DNA from: an uncultured Nitrospiraceae bacterium
Lineage (GTDB): Bacteria > Nitrospirota > Thermodesulfovibrionia > Thermodesulfovibrionales > UBA6898
DNA length: 64,000 nucleotides
Assembly: GCA_963811165.1 (NCBI GenBank)
Contig: CAWEQH010000010.1
Location: 256,001 to 320,000, forward strand
Direction: 5' to 3'
The position numbers and the translations under genes are program-made. The notes beneath the pieces are model-generated. The model worked only from the letters and a program-made list of their open reading frames with translations, was not told the origin of the DNA and searched no databases. Shown here piece by piece: positions 1-10,048 of the stretch (position 1 is the stretch's first letter; each line of letters starts with the position of its first letter).

Positions 1-1944
1 GGCGAAGTATTTCTCCCATAAAAAGGAGAACTCCTTCTGGAACGCCTTGTAAAACGGAGGGTCCTGTCGATATGCAAAAAGAAACTCCCGGAGTCTGTCG
101 GGAGTAATGTCAGGATGGTCAGCATGGAGCAAGGCGCCGAAAATATCTCCGTGTATGAAGGTAGAAAAAGAAAGGTCATCCATGGGCGAATCAAGGAAGT
201 GCAGGAGCGCAACGATCTCGCCGGTTATCTTCCTTCTCCGTATGTCGAGGTTGCTGTATGAAATGAATTCGATGTTCTTTTCATTCAGCCAAAGGGTAAT
301 CTTTACCACGTCTTCATTGCTGCGGGTCAGTATGGCTATGTCGCCGTAGCTGAACCCCCGCGATCTAAGCTGTGCGACAAGGTCCTGTATGACGCCGCGC
401 TCCGGAATGGTCTCGTCATCTCTTTCCTGCAGCACCACTTCGCAGTATCCCTGAGAGCTGCCATCCCTGGCGCATTGGACGTAGTCCGTCAACCCGCTCC
501 TAGACCCCGCCTCCTGGTACTTGCCATTTCCGGCCACAATCTCCTTAAATATTTTCTCATTGAACTCAAGGATCTTCCTTAGGCTTCTGCGACTCGTCGT
601 AAGTTCTTTTACGTAATGCGCTGCGGAAGGGAAGGGGTTGGTGCGTTCATACTCTTTCATGATCGTGTAGTCGGCGTTTCGGAAGCCGTAGATTGCCTGT
701 TTAGTGTCGCCTACAACGAAGAGGCTCCCGCCCTGAGACAGGGAGTTTTCGAAAAGGGGGAAAAGGTTGTGCCATTGAATCAGGGAAGTGTCCTGGAATT
801 CGTCGACCAGAAAGTGGTAGATTGTCTCTCCCATCCTGAAATAGATGTCCGGGACGATCTCCTCGTTAAGGTATTGAGCAAGGTTTCTGCTTATGTCTTC
901 GATAAATACCTTTCCCTGATGTCTTTTGACGGCTTCGACGATTTCTCTGAAAGATTCATATACCTTAAGATACGGCATGGAACGGGACCGGACGTGGAGG
1001 GCAATGTATTTGTTGATAAGACCGGTGGCCCTCTCCCACTGTCCGACGATCCCATCGAAAGAGGTCTGAAGGTCTGATCGGCCTTTCCCCGGCTTATTGA
1101 CAGGCGGGTTCTTTAGCCCTTTTCCGATCAGGTCCGCGAACCTTCCCTCCCTCACGAGATCGCCGATCGCCTTAAAAGAAGAGTTTGCACGACCCGCGAG
1201 CCCAGACTTGAGGACCGCTTTTTCAAGGTCCTCGACGGCAGTCCTTATTTCCTCTTTTATATCGTCAACGGCCCCTGAGTAGTCCTCTATCATAGGGATC
1301 TTGCCGGTCGCCGAGAGCTTTCCGTAGAGGCTTTTCACTTCTTCGAGCAGCGCTGATGAGGGGTCCCACATATAGGTCTCCTGACCCTGTTTTCCTTCCT
1401 GGATCGCCGCGATTATGTAGAGAAGGAGTTCTGCCTCCTTCGTGCCCTCCCTCACGTTTCTCAGGAAGAGATCGAAGGAGTATGCCATGAGTGGATCGCC
1501 ATTCATAAGGATATCGAACTCAGTGTTGAAGCCAAAGTCGATGGCCGAGGTCTTGAAGATCGACGTCATAAAGCTGTCTATGGTCCTCACCTCAAAATCG
1601 GCATAATCCCGGAGTATCTCCTCCACCATCTGCCCGGCCCGGTCGGCCAGTTTCTCACGGTCGAGGGAGACCGCCTCAAGCATTTGTTCGGTCAATTCCG
1701 GGTCGCGGAAATAAAGCAATTTGAGCCAGTCGATGATCTTTTCCTTCATCTCCTTGGCGGCATTGTTCGAAAAGGTAATTGCGAGAATATTCCGCAGTCT
1801 GTTCTTCGATATTCTTTCGGAAAGAATGAACTGAACGAACCTCTTCGTCAGCATGTGGGTTTTGCCCGAGCCTGCGGAGGCCTTCAGCACGGTAAAATGA
1901 GGGAATTTCAGCTCAGAGTCCTTTTCTATAATAGGGATTTCCAC
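1..1944 (-). CDS. UvrD/AddA-family ATP-dependent helicase (3' end runs off the window)
   Basis: Absent from the ORF track because it is truncated; read by hand from GTG at 1944. MEIPIIEKDSELKFPHFTVLKASAGSGKT (Walker A), ILAITFSNNAAKEM, VDEFQDT and VGDTKQAIYGFR are SF1 helicase motifs. Confidence 0.9.
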   Translation of the reverse strand, partial: MEIPIIEKDSELKFPHFTVLKASAGSGKTHMLTKRFVQFILSERISKNRLRNILAITFSNNAAKEMKEKIIDWLKLLYFRDPELTEQMLEAVSLDREKLADRAGQMVEEILRDYADFEVRTIDSFMTSIFKTSAIDFGFNTEFDILMNGDPLMAYSFDLFLRNVREGTKEAELLLYIIAAIQEGKQGQETYMWDPSSALLEEVKSLYGKLSATGKIPMIEDYSGAVDDIKEEIRTAVEDLEKAVLKSGLAGRANSSFKAIGDLVREGRFADLIGKGLKNPPVNKPGKGRSDLQTSFDGIVGQWERATGLINKYIALHVRSRSMPYLKVYESFREIVEAVKRHQGKVFIEDISRNLAQYLNEEIVPDIYFRMGETIYHFLVDEFQDTSLIQWHNLFPLFENSLSQGGSLFVVGDTKQAIYGFRNADYTIMKEYERTNPFPSAAHYVKELTTSRRSLRKILEFNEKIFKEIVAGNGKYQEAGSRSGLTDYVQCARDGSSQGYCEVVLQERDDETIPERGVIQDLVAQLRSRGFSYGDIAILTRSNEDVVKITLWLNEKNIEFISYSNLDIRRRKITGEIVALLHFLDSPMDDLSFSTFIHGDIFGALLHADHPDITPDRLREFLFAYRQDPPFYKAFQKEFSFLWEKYFA

Positions 1945-2168
1945 GCTATCTCAATAGTACGCTCAAGAGATTTCATTTTTCAACTTTGCATTCCGAAGAA
2001 GGCCTGTCCGAATGCCCCTCCAGTTGAAATTTGTCGTGAAGTTGATAGTATGGAAGATAAGGATCATGCAATACTGCGAGGGGGCGTGGTCCTTTGTAGT
2101 GGCTGTCCACAGGAAAAAGCCGGATAATGTCCGGTTTTATATTTTTAATCAGGGGATAAGATTAAGAG

Positions 2169-3347
2169 ATGAACAGGACCTCAAGATTGATCGATGAGCC
2201 CAGGATGGAAAGGTCGAAAGGGCAGTCTTACGGCGTCGGCAAAGACAAGAAACTGGTCCGGGAAATACTCTCGGCTGCCGGAATTACCATTAACGGGGAC
2301 AGACCCTGGGACATCAGGGTCAGGGAAGAAAGGTTTTATTCGAGAGTGCTGCATAGCGGCAGTCTCGGCCTTGGAGAGTCTTATATGGAGGGGTGGTGGG
2401 AGTGTGAGAAACTGGATGAATTTTTCTCTAGAATTGTGCGAACCGATGCGGAAGAGAAAATAAAGAATTGGAAAGTTGTTCTTCATGCCCTAAAGGCGAA
2501 AATTGTCAATTTGAGCGGCAAATCAAGAGCGTTCGAGATTGGAGAGAAACACTACGATGTTGGCAATGAATTATACAGGGCGATGCTGGATAAGAGAATG
2601 GTCTATAGCTGCGGTTACTGGAAAGACGCTAAGAATCTTGACGAGGCGCAGGAAGCGAAACTCGATCTGATATGCAGAAAAATAGGGCTGCGGAGGGGTG
2701 AGAGAATACTCGATATCGGCTGCGGATGGGGCAGTTTCGCAAAGTACGCAGCGGAAAAATATGGCGTTGACGTGGTTGGTGTAACTGTATCGAAGGAACA
2801 GGCGTTACTCGGAAAAGAATTGTGTCAAGGATTGCCCGTTGACATCAGATTACAGGATTATAGGGAAATTGACGAAAAGTTTGATCACATAGTCTCTGTC
2901 GGCATGTTTGAACATGTTGGCTATAAGAATTACAGAACGTTTATGGACATCGTACACAAATGTCTAAGGGATAATGGGTTCCTTTTATTGCATACTATAG
3001 GAAATAATATCTCAGAAGTTACGACAGATCCATGGATTTATAAGTACATCTTTCCAAACTCATTGATTCCGTCGATGGCTCAGATCAGTAAGGCTGTCGA
3101 AGGGTTGTTCATCATAGAAGACTGGCATAATTTTGGGATTTACTATGATGCCACTTTGACCTCTTGGTACCATAATTTTATTAAGAGTTGGGATAAGTTG
3201 AAGGAATTCTATGATGAAAGATTTTTTCGAATGTGGAAGTATTATCTTTTAAGCAGTGCCGGATCGTTTAGAGGCCGGCATTTGCAAGTTTGGCAGATTG
3301 TGATGTCTAAAAAGGGAGTTTTGGGAGGGTATATTCCGATTTGCTGA
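2169..3347 (+). CDS. cfa: Cyclopropane-fatty-acyl-phospholipid synthase
   Basis: HYDVGNELY, MVYSCGYW, LDIGCGWG (SAM binding) and SVGMFEHVG motifs. Start may be the later Met at 2205. Confidence 0.93.
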   Translation: MNRTSRLIDEPRMERSKGQSYGVGKDKKLVREILSAAGITINGDRPWDIRVREERFYSRVLHSGSLGLGESYMEGWWECEKLDEFFSRIVRTDAEEKIKNWKVVLHALKAKIVNLSGKSRAFEIGEKHYDVGNELYRAMLDKRMVYSCGYWKDAKNLDEAQEAKLDLICRKIGLRRGERILDIGCGWGSFAKYAAEKYGVDVVGVTVSKEQALLGKELCQGLPVDIRLQDYREIDEKFDHIVSVGMFEHVGYKNYRTFMDIVHKCLRDNGFLLLHTIGNNISEVTTDPWIYKYIFPNSLIPSMAQISKAVEGLFIIEDWHNFGIYYDATLTSWYHNFIKSWDKLKEFYDERFFRMWKYYLLSSAGSFRGRHLQVWQIVMSKKGVLGGYIPIC

Positions 3348-3436
3348 GTTGAGTCGTCTTTTATGCTGATCGCAATAATGAAAAACTTTGGAACACGAAT
3401 TTATTAGGACCATAGGATAGACGTCGCACTGAAGTT

Positions 3437-3472
3437 AAACGCTGCTGCCCGTCAGACGGGGAGCAGCGTTTT
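3437..3472. terminator. Long hairpin between convergent cfa and prc; probable intrinsic terminator
   Basis: AAACGCTGCT-G-CCCGTC-A-GACGGG-G-AGCAGCGTTT inverted repeat. Confidence 0.55.
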
Positions 3473-3659
3473 GGGGGCGTTGCTGCAAGTCGTTGCTTTT
3501 TTTGAGGGGTGGCGCGTCATTTCTTGCGTATTCGGGTTCAAAGCTCTGCCGTCGAGGACTGCGATGTTACAGAAGCCCAGGATATATCCTTGATGTTAGT
3601 TCATAGCAATTAATCAGCTGGACCTCGCTAGCTGTAGTTCTGTCAGCGGATCGGGATGA

Positions 3660-5927
3660 TCATTTGGGCGTGAGGGCGAAACTTGCTGCCGGCGCGTCAG
3701 TGACTGCGCGCCCGGCATTTTCAGAAATAACGTCGGTCAAAACAGCGATCCCCTCCTGGACATAGGGGTCCTTTTCCACTTCCTTCAGCCATAATTGCCG
3801 TCTTTTCTCATCCGAAAGGTTCGAAGCGTCCTGCTCTTTTTCACCGTCTTTTTTGACCGTTGATTTTTTTGCGTCGTGTTTTGCCTTCATTGCCGTCAAT
3901 GTTTTGCGCTCTTTGGCGGCCTCCGATATGTTGAGAGGCTGGAGCGTCTTTTTTTGTCTTTCGAGCAGTTCCCTGCTTTGTTCTGATATGTCCATGAATT
4001 CCTGCTCCGCACTTACCCTCTTATTGCTTCTCGCCCTCAGTTCCCGAAGGTCGATCCGAAAATCAGTCCATCTTGAATAAGGGACCGGCCGTATGGTGTC
4101 CCAGGGGAGGGCAAAATCGAGAAATTGCTCGCCGCTTTTGAGGCCCTGAAACTGGTCGGGCAGTATAATGTCTGGGGTAACACCGCGATACTGGGTCGAT
4201 TCCCCGGTGATCCTGTAAAACTTCTGGGTAGTAAGTCTCAGCGCGCCAAGGGAGCCGTCTTTCTTTATTTCCGCAGCGGTGTTGCCGCTGTGATAGGAAA
4301 AGAAATTGTCGAGATCGATTATCGTCTGGACCGTTCCCTTGCCGTGAGTGTGCTCGCCGCCTATGACAATGGCACGCCCGTAATCCTGGAGCGCTCCCGC
4401 AAGTATCTCGGAGGCCGATGCGCTGAATTTATTTACGAGTATCGCAACGGGTCCGGTGTAACTTATGTCGGGGTCATCGTCTGAGAGGACCGAGATTTTT
4501 CCGTCGCTTGCCTTTATCTGGACGACCGGGCCGGCCTTGATAAATAGTCCGGCTATTTTTACCGCGTCCATGAGGGCCCCTCCGCCGTTGTTCCTTAGGT
4601 CGATGATGAGGCCGCTCATCCCCGCGGTCCCTATCTTTTTTAGCTCCTTGATCACATCATCGGTAGAGTTGCGCCCGGCCCCGCCGTTTTTCGTATTTTC
4701 GAAGTCCCGGTAAAAAGAAGGTATCTTGATATACCCGAAGCTCCTGCCGCTCTTTTGGTCCTTCAAAGAGACGCCTTTTACAGAGGAATCTTCGAGTTTA
4801 ATCACGTCGCGCACGACGGAAACGACCAGTTGGGCGCCGCCGGGTTTTTTAATCGAAAGCGTTACTTCGGTGCCCTTTTTTCCCCTGATCAGCTTTACTG
4901 CGTCCCTGACACCCACAAAGGTGATATCGACAGGTTCCTTGTCCTTCTCGCCGACCTTAAGGATAATATCCTCTGCATGAATGTTTCCAGTCCTGGCCGC
5001 CGGACTGCCCGGAACGACGGACACCACTTTGATATATCCGTCTTCTTCTTTCAGCGAGGCGCCGATACCTTCGAGTGTCCCCCTCATATCGATGTCAAAG
5101 TCCTCTTTATTGGCCGGAGGCATATACTCCGTATGAGGATCGAAGGTCTTGGCGATCGCGTTAAAGAAACGCTCATAATTCTCTCTCTCTTTCGTCTCCA
5201 GGATCCTGGAGAAAAAAGTCTTGTGGCTGCGCAGTACCCGTTGACGCGCCGTCTGCTGAAGCGCCTCCGGATTCTGCGGTGCGTCCTTTCCGTCTTTATC
5301 CTCTGCCGAGGTGTTTTCACTCAGGGACAGATACTGCTGAAGTACCTGCAGTTTGAGATATTTCCTCCATCGTTCCCGTAAGTCTTTCTCAGTGTCGCAG
5401 TAAGCGGTCTTTTCCGGGTCGGTTTCGTAGTATTCATCGGTCGAAAAGTCAAAATCGCCGGCAAGGATCCCATCGGCTATCTTCTCTGCATCGGCAGCCC
5501 TTTTGGCAAGGATAGCGGCTGCCAGCTGTGGCAGCTCGAAGGTGCCGCTATTTATTTCGTCGTCTATTTTATCGGAATAGACCGAGAGCTTCTCTACGTC
5601 CTTTTTCAGGAGCAGGAGTTTTTGGCCGTCGAGTTGCTTGAGGTATTGAGAGAATGCCTCTTTCGAGAGGGTATCGTCGATCTTCTTGTGAGTGAAATGC
5701 AGGTTGCTCAGGTCCTGACGGAGGACGAAGGCAAGGACCTTTGCCCTCAGATATTCATGGTTTTCCGCCCCACTTCCGTAAGCGAGCGTTCCGCCAAAGA
5801 GCGAAAGAATAAGGACAAGGATGAGAAATCCCCTCAGAAGAAGCGATGTATTTGCGGCTCTCAGCGCGTTCGTCAGGGGAGTAGGGGGAACTCTTCTTTC
5901 AGGTATCGTTTCTCTGTTACTTCTCAC
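3660..5927 (-). CDS. prc: Carboxy-terminal processing (tail-specific) protease, S41 family with PDZ domain
   Basis: FDPHTEYM, LEGIGA, DLRNNGGG, SASASEI and GKGTVQ motifs; N-terminal signal/TM segment. Confidence 0.9.
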   Translation of the reverse strand: MRSNRETIPERRVPPTPLTNALRAANTSLLLRGFLILVLILSLFGGTLAYGSGAENHEYLRAKVLAFVLRQDLSNLHFTHKKIDDTLSKEAFSQYLKQLDGQKLLLLKKDVEKLSVYSDKIDDEINSGTFELPQLAAAILAKRAADAEKIADGILAGDFDFSTDEYYETDPEKTAYCDTEKDLRERWRKYLKLQVLQQYLSLSENTSAEDKDGKDAPQNPEALQQTARQRVLRSHKTFFSRILETKERENYERFFNAIAKTFDPHTEYMPPANKEDFDIDMRGTLEGIGASLKEEDGYIKVVSVVPGSPAARTGNIHAEDIILKVGEKDKEPVDITFVGVRDAVKLIRGKKGTEVTLSIKKPGGAQLVVSVVRDVIKLEDSSVKGVSLKDQKSGRSFGYIKIPSFYRDFENTKNGGAGRNSTDDVIKELKKIGTAGMSGLIIDLRNNGGGALMDAVKIAGLFIKAGPVVQIKASDGKISVLSDDDPDISYTGPVAILVNKFSASASEILAGALQDYGRAIVIGGEHTHGKGTVQTIIDLDNFFSYHSGNTAAEIKKDGSLGALRLTTQKFYRITGESTQYRGVTPDIILPDQFQGLKSGEQFLDFALPWDTIRPVPYSRWTDFRIDLRELRARSNKRVSAEQEFMDISEQSRELLERQKKTLQPLNISEAAKERKTLTAMKAKHDAKKSTVKKDGEKEQDASNLSDEKRRQLWLKEVEKDPYVQEGIAVLTDVISENAGRAVTDAPAASFALTPK

Positions 5928-6007
5928 AATATTTTTATATTACAAATTTATTGCTTGCATTTGCAAACGGAGGGATGTTTGCGGCGACAATGTGTACTCT
6001 CCCGGGA

Positions 6008-6090
6008 ACACCGCCAAATTGCGGGTAATGGCACACCGTTCCACTACCAAATTTGTTAGTAATGGCACATTGGTCCCACTACCAAATTTT
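6008..6090. repeat. Tandem repeat with ~34-bp period in the divergent prc/tetR promoter region
   Basis: GTAATGGCACACCGTTCCACTACCAAATTT (6025-6054) and GTAATGGCACATTGGTCCCACTACCAAATTT (6059-6089), plus a degenerate partial copy CACCGCCAAATT near 6009. Confidence 0.75.
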
Positions 6091-6093
6091 CCG

Positions 6094-6147
6094 TTGACAA
6101 TGAAAAGGGGATTGTCCTATAGTAAAATGTAAGTAAGCGCTAACATT
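6094..6147 (+). promoter_or_regulatory. Sigma70 promoter and putative TetR operator
   Basis: TTGACA (6094)-18 bp-TATAGT (6118), then the imperfect palindrome AATGTAAGT-AAGC-GCTAACATT (6126-6147) just before tetR. Confidence 0.6.
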
Positions 6148-6156
6148 AATAGAGCG

Positions 6157-6786
6157 ATGACAAAGGACACGAAAGAGAAGATATTAGACGCCGGCCTGAG
6201 CCTTTTTTCCAAGAAGGGCTACCTCGGCGCGACAACGAAGGAGATCGCTAAAAAGGCGGGAGTGGCGGAACTGACGCTCTTCAGGCACTTCTCATCGAAG
6301 GAAAGACTGTTCGAGGAGGCGATAAAAAGGCGGTCTTTTCTTCCCACGCTTAAGGGTCTTTTGCCTGAGCTTAGGGGCCTGGCATATGCGGATGCCCTGA
6401 TCGAGATCGCGAACCGCTATCTCGAGAGGTTGTCAGAGAGAAGGGACCTTATAAAGATCATGCATTCGGAGATACATCTATACCCTGCAAAGGTGAGGGA
6501 GATCCAGCAAAAATTTGTAGGGGAAATAGTCGGTACGCTTGCGCAATACTTCAGAAGCCTTCAGGATAGACGCCTGCTGAAGGAGTTTGATCCTGAACTG
6601 GGAGCGCGGGCGTTTTTGAGTATGTTTTTTTCCTATTTTACCTCTCAGGAATTCATAGCGGACAAGAAACAGAGGTTTTCCGACAAGGATGAAGTGGTCG
6701 GTGAATTCGTAAAGATATTTATTTCCGGAACGATGGTGGCGAACCCAGGCGCTGAAGGCGGCCCCGGTGGCAGATGCGAACATTAA
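6157..6786 (+). CDS. TetR/AcrR family transcriptional regulator
   Basis: N-terminal HTH: KILDAGLSLFSKKGY..TTKEIAKKAGVAELTLFRHFSSKERL. Confidence 0.92.
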   Translation: MTKDTKEKILDAGLSLFSKKGYLGATTKEIAKKAGVAELTLFRHFSSKERLFEEAIKRRSFLPTLKGLLPELRGLAYADALIEIANRYLERLSERRDLIKIMHSEIHLYPAKVREIQQKFVGEIVGTLAQYFRSLQDRRLLKEFDPELGARAFLSMFFSYFTSQEFIADKKQRFSDKDEVVGEFVKIFISGTMVANPGAEGGPGGRCEH

Positions 6787-6837
6787 CACTCTCTTATTTC
6801 AAAAAAGATTAGTCACGAAAGGGTCAGGTTTACTGCA

Positions 6838-8041
6838 ATGAAAAAGATTTTTATCGGAATTGCTATTTTGGCAATTATAGGGGTTGGGGTCTTCTTCGTG
6901 CTCCGTGACAAGGGGAACGTTCCTCAATTCAGGACGGAAAAGATCACAAAGGGAGATTTAACAACAGTGATTACCGCAACGGGAACCATGAATGCGGTAA
7001 CGACCGTCCTTGTGGGCACACAGGTTTCCGGTACGATAAAGACGATCCATGCGGACTTCAATTCGCGCGTAAAAAAGGGACAGATGATCGCACAGATAGA
7101 CCCGGCCCTTTTCCAGGCGCAGGTCGAGCAGGCCAGGGCGAGCCTTGTCACCGCAAAGGCCAACCTGGCAAAATCGCAGGTGGCGGTTGTGGACACCAAA
7201 AGGACACTGGAGCGTAACCGCCAGCTTTTTTCGAAGAACCTCATCGCCCGGTCCGACCTCGATACGGCCCAGACCAACTATGACAGTGCAGTCGCCCAGG
7301 TGAATGCGAATAAGGCGCAGGTGGAGCAGGCTGCTGCGGCGCTTAGCACCGCCGAGACAAACCTGGCGTATACGCGCATACTTTCTCCGGTGGACGGCAT
7401 CGTTGTTTCGAGGAATGTGGACGTGGGCCAGACCGTTGCGGCGAGTTTCCAGACGCCCACGCTCTTCACCATTGCTCAGGACCTCACCAAGATGCAGATA
7501 GACACGAGCGTGGCGGAGGCGGACATCGGAAGCATAAAGGTCGGTCAGGATGTTGAATTTACCGTTGACGCCTATCCTGACAGCACCTTCAAGGGCAAGG
7601 TGTGGCAGATCAGGAACGCGCCGATCACGGTCCAGAATGTTGTCACCTATGACGTTGTCATAAGGTGGACAATCCAGAGTTGAAGCTTAAGCCGGGGATG
7701 ACCGCCAATGTTTCGGTCATCATGTGGACGAAAAGAAAGACGTCCTGAAGATACCGAATGCGGCCCTGAGGTTCAGACCGTCCGAAGGAAAAAGGGCGGG
7801 ACGGCTGATCTGACAAAGGAGGTTCGGCTGCGAAGGCTAAAGGCGGAACAGGCGAAAAAGGACCGGGTGTATGGGTCACTCGAAAACGAAAAACCCAAAC
7901 GCATTCCAGTAACTGCGGGCATAAGCGACGGCAGTTATACGGAACTTCTCTCAGGCGGACTCAAGGAAGGACAGGAAATAATAGTGGAGTCCCTTATCAA
8001 GGCAAAACATCAGTCGTCCTTCAGGCCCGAGGATGTTCTGA
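6838..8041 (+). CDS. MacA-like efflux periplasmic adaptor, frameshifted near 7665 and further downstream
   Basis: VLVGTQVSG, SPVDGIVVSRNVDVGQTV motifs. The continuation LKPGMTANV..VLKIPNAALRF..GISDGSYTEL lies in shifted frames. Confidence 0.8.
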
Positions 8042-8042
8042 T

Positions 8043-8748
8043 ATGGCACTCATAGAAGCACAGGAGATCACAAGACATACAGGCTTGGTGATATTGAGCT
8101 GCATGCCCTCAATCATGTCTCGCTAGCTATAGAAAAAGGCGAATTTGTTGCGATCATGGGGCCTTCAGGCTCGGGCAAATCTACGTTTATGAATATTCTC
8201 GGATGTCTTGACAAGCCTACAGGCGGAAGATATCTGCTTGAAGGGATCGATGTGGGCAGCTTGGACAGGGATGAACTTGCAGGCATACGGAACAAAAAGC
8301 TGGGTTTTGTTTTCCAGGGATTCAATCTTCTGCCGAGGACATCTGCCGATCGAAAACGTTGAACTTCCGATGCTTGTATGACGGTCTTCCTGCAAAGGAG
8401 AGGACAGAGCAGTTCGCTGAGAGCGCTTCAAAAGTGTCGGGCTCGAAGGAAGGGGGACCACCATCCCAACCAGCTCTCAGGCGGGCAGCAGCAGAGGGTT
8501 GCCATTGCAAGGGCGCTTGGTGAACAACGCTCCCATAATTCTTGCTGACGAGCCGACCGGAAACCTCGACTACGAAGACGAGCGTCGGAGATCATGGAGC
8601 TTTTCGTGAAACTGAATAAAGAATCAAACATCACGGTAATACTTGTGACCCATGAGAATGATATAGCCGCATACAGCAAGACGGATAATCAAGTTTCCTT
8701 GACGGCCGTTGTCAGCGACGTACACGGAAGGATCGTGAAAGTCATGAT
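8043..8748 (+). CDS. MacB/LolD-type ABC transporter ATP-binding protein, multiple frameshifts
   Basis: GPSGSGKST (Walker A), [41 protein letters not shown] and VILVTHE are distributed over several frames. Confidence 0.8.
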
Positions 8749-9981
8749 CAACATCCCTTCAACTATACGAATATCCTTCAGGGCGCTAAGGGTGAACAAG
8801 ATGCGCTCTGCCCTTACCATGCTCGGCATTATCATCGGCGTCGGCGCTGTCATCGCGATGCTTGCCGTGGGCACAGGCGCAAGCAGGAAGATTGCGGAGC
8901 AGATCTCAAGCATGGGAAGCAACCTGCTCATGATACTCCCCGGTGCGACAACATCAGGAGGGGTCAGGATGGGCGCAGGGACCCAGCCTACGCTTACCAT
9001 GGCAGATGCTGAGGCGATACAGAAGGAATGCCCTGCGGTATCGGATGTGGCGCCTGTGCTCAACGGTGTGGCGCAGATTGTCTACGGCCATCAGAACTGG
9101 TCGACCGGGCGTGCAGCGGGACAACCCCCGGCATGCTTAACGTGAGGGACTGGCCATTGGCGTCAGGGAGGTCTTTTACGCGATCAGGACGTCAAGAGCG
9201 CGACAAAGGTCTGTCTGTCTGGGACAGACAGTTGTGGAAAACCTTTTCGGGGACTATAGACCCCGTCGGCCAGATCATCAGGATCAAGAAGGTGCCTTTC
9301 ACGGTTGTCGGCGTGCTCGCGGCAAAAGGACAGTCTCCCAAGGGCCAGGACCAGGACGATACGATCTATGTCCCTGTCACAACGGCCCAGAAAAAACTTT
9401 TCGGCACTACTTTCCCGGGCATGGTCAGGATTATCATGGTGAAGGCCAAGAGCGCTGAAGACCTCGGTCCGAGCGGAAAAACAGATAACCGAGCTGCTAA
9501 GGCAGAGGCACCACATCGGTCAGAAACAGGAGAACGATTTTACGGTCAGGAACCTTACCCAGATCATGCAGGCTGCGGAACAGTCAACCAAGGTGATGAC
9601 CCTGTTGCTTGGAGCGATAGCCTCTGTTTCCCTTCTTGGTTGGAGGCATCGGCATTATGAACATCATGCTTGTCTCGGTCACTGAAAGGACAAGGGAGAT
9701 CGGCATCAGGATGGCGATCGGCGCAAAGACATGGGACATAAGGCTGCAGTTCATCATCGAGGCGCTCACTCTTTCGTTGATCGGTGGCGTTGCGGGATAA
9801 TCTATAGGGATATCGGGTTCGAAGATAATTGCTATGGTGGCGGGCTGGACCACTGTTGTCTCGCCTTTCTCGGTCGTGATCGGCCTTCGGTTTTTCAGGC
9901 CTGGTTGGGATATTCTTCGGGTTCTATCCGGCATATAAGGCGTCGCTTCTTGACCCGATAGAGGCGTTGAGATATGAATAA
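8744..9981 (+). CDS. MacB-type ABC transporter permease, multiple frameshifts
   Basis: [50 protein letters not shown] and terminal PIEALRYE* occur in different frames. Confidence 0.8.
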
Positions 9982-10013
9982 GCTATCTAAGATAACGCCC
10001 CCAGCTCCGCTCT

Positions 10014-10036
10014 CCCCCTCTTTAGCAAAGAGGGGG
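10014..10036. repeat. REP-like palindrome upstream of tolC
   Basis: CCCCCTCTTT-AGC-AAAGAGGGGG. Confidence 0.6.
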
Positions 10037-10048
10037 GCAGGGGGAGTT

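Noticed and set aside
107..2127. Short plus-strand ORFs at the window start
   Set aside because: They lie antisense to the AddA/UvrD helicase, which occupies 1-1944 on the minus strand.
6008..6090. Mini CRISPR array
   Set aside because: The repeats are nearly adjacent with no unique spacers, there are only 2-3 copies, and no cas genes are present.
7660..9981. Programmed ribosomal frameshifting in macAB
   Set aside because: There are too many shifts in both directions and no consistent slippery sites; sequencing error or decay is more parsimonious.
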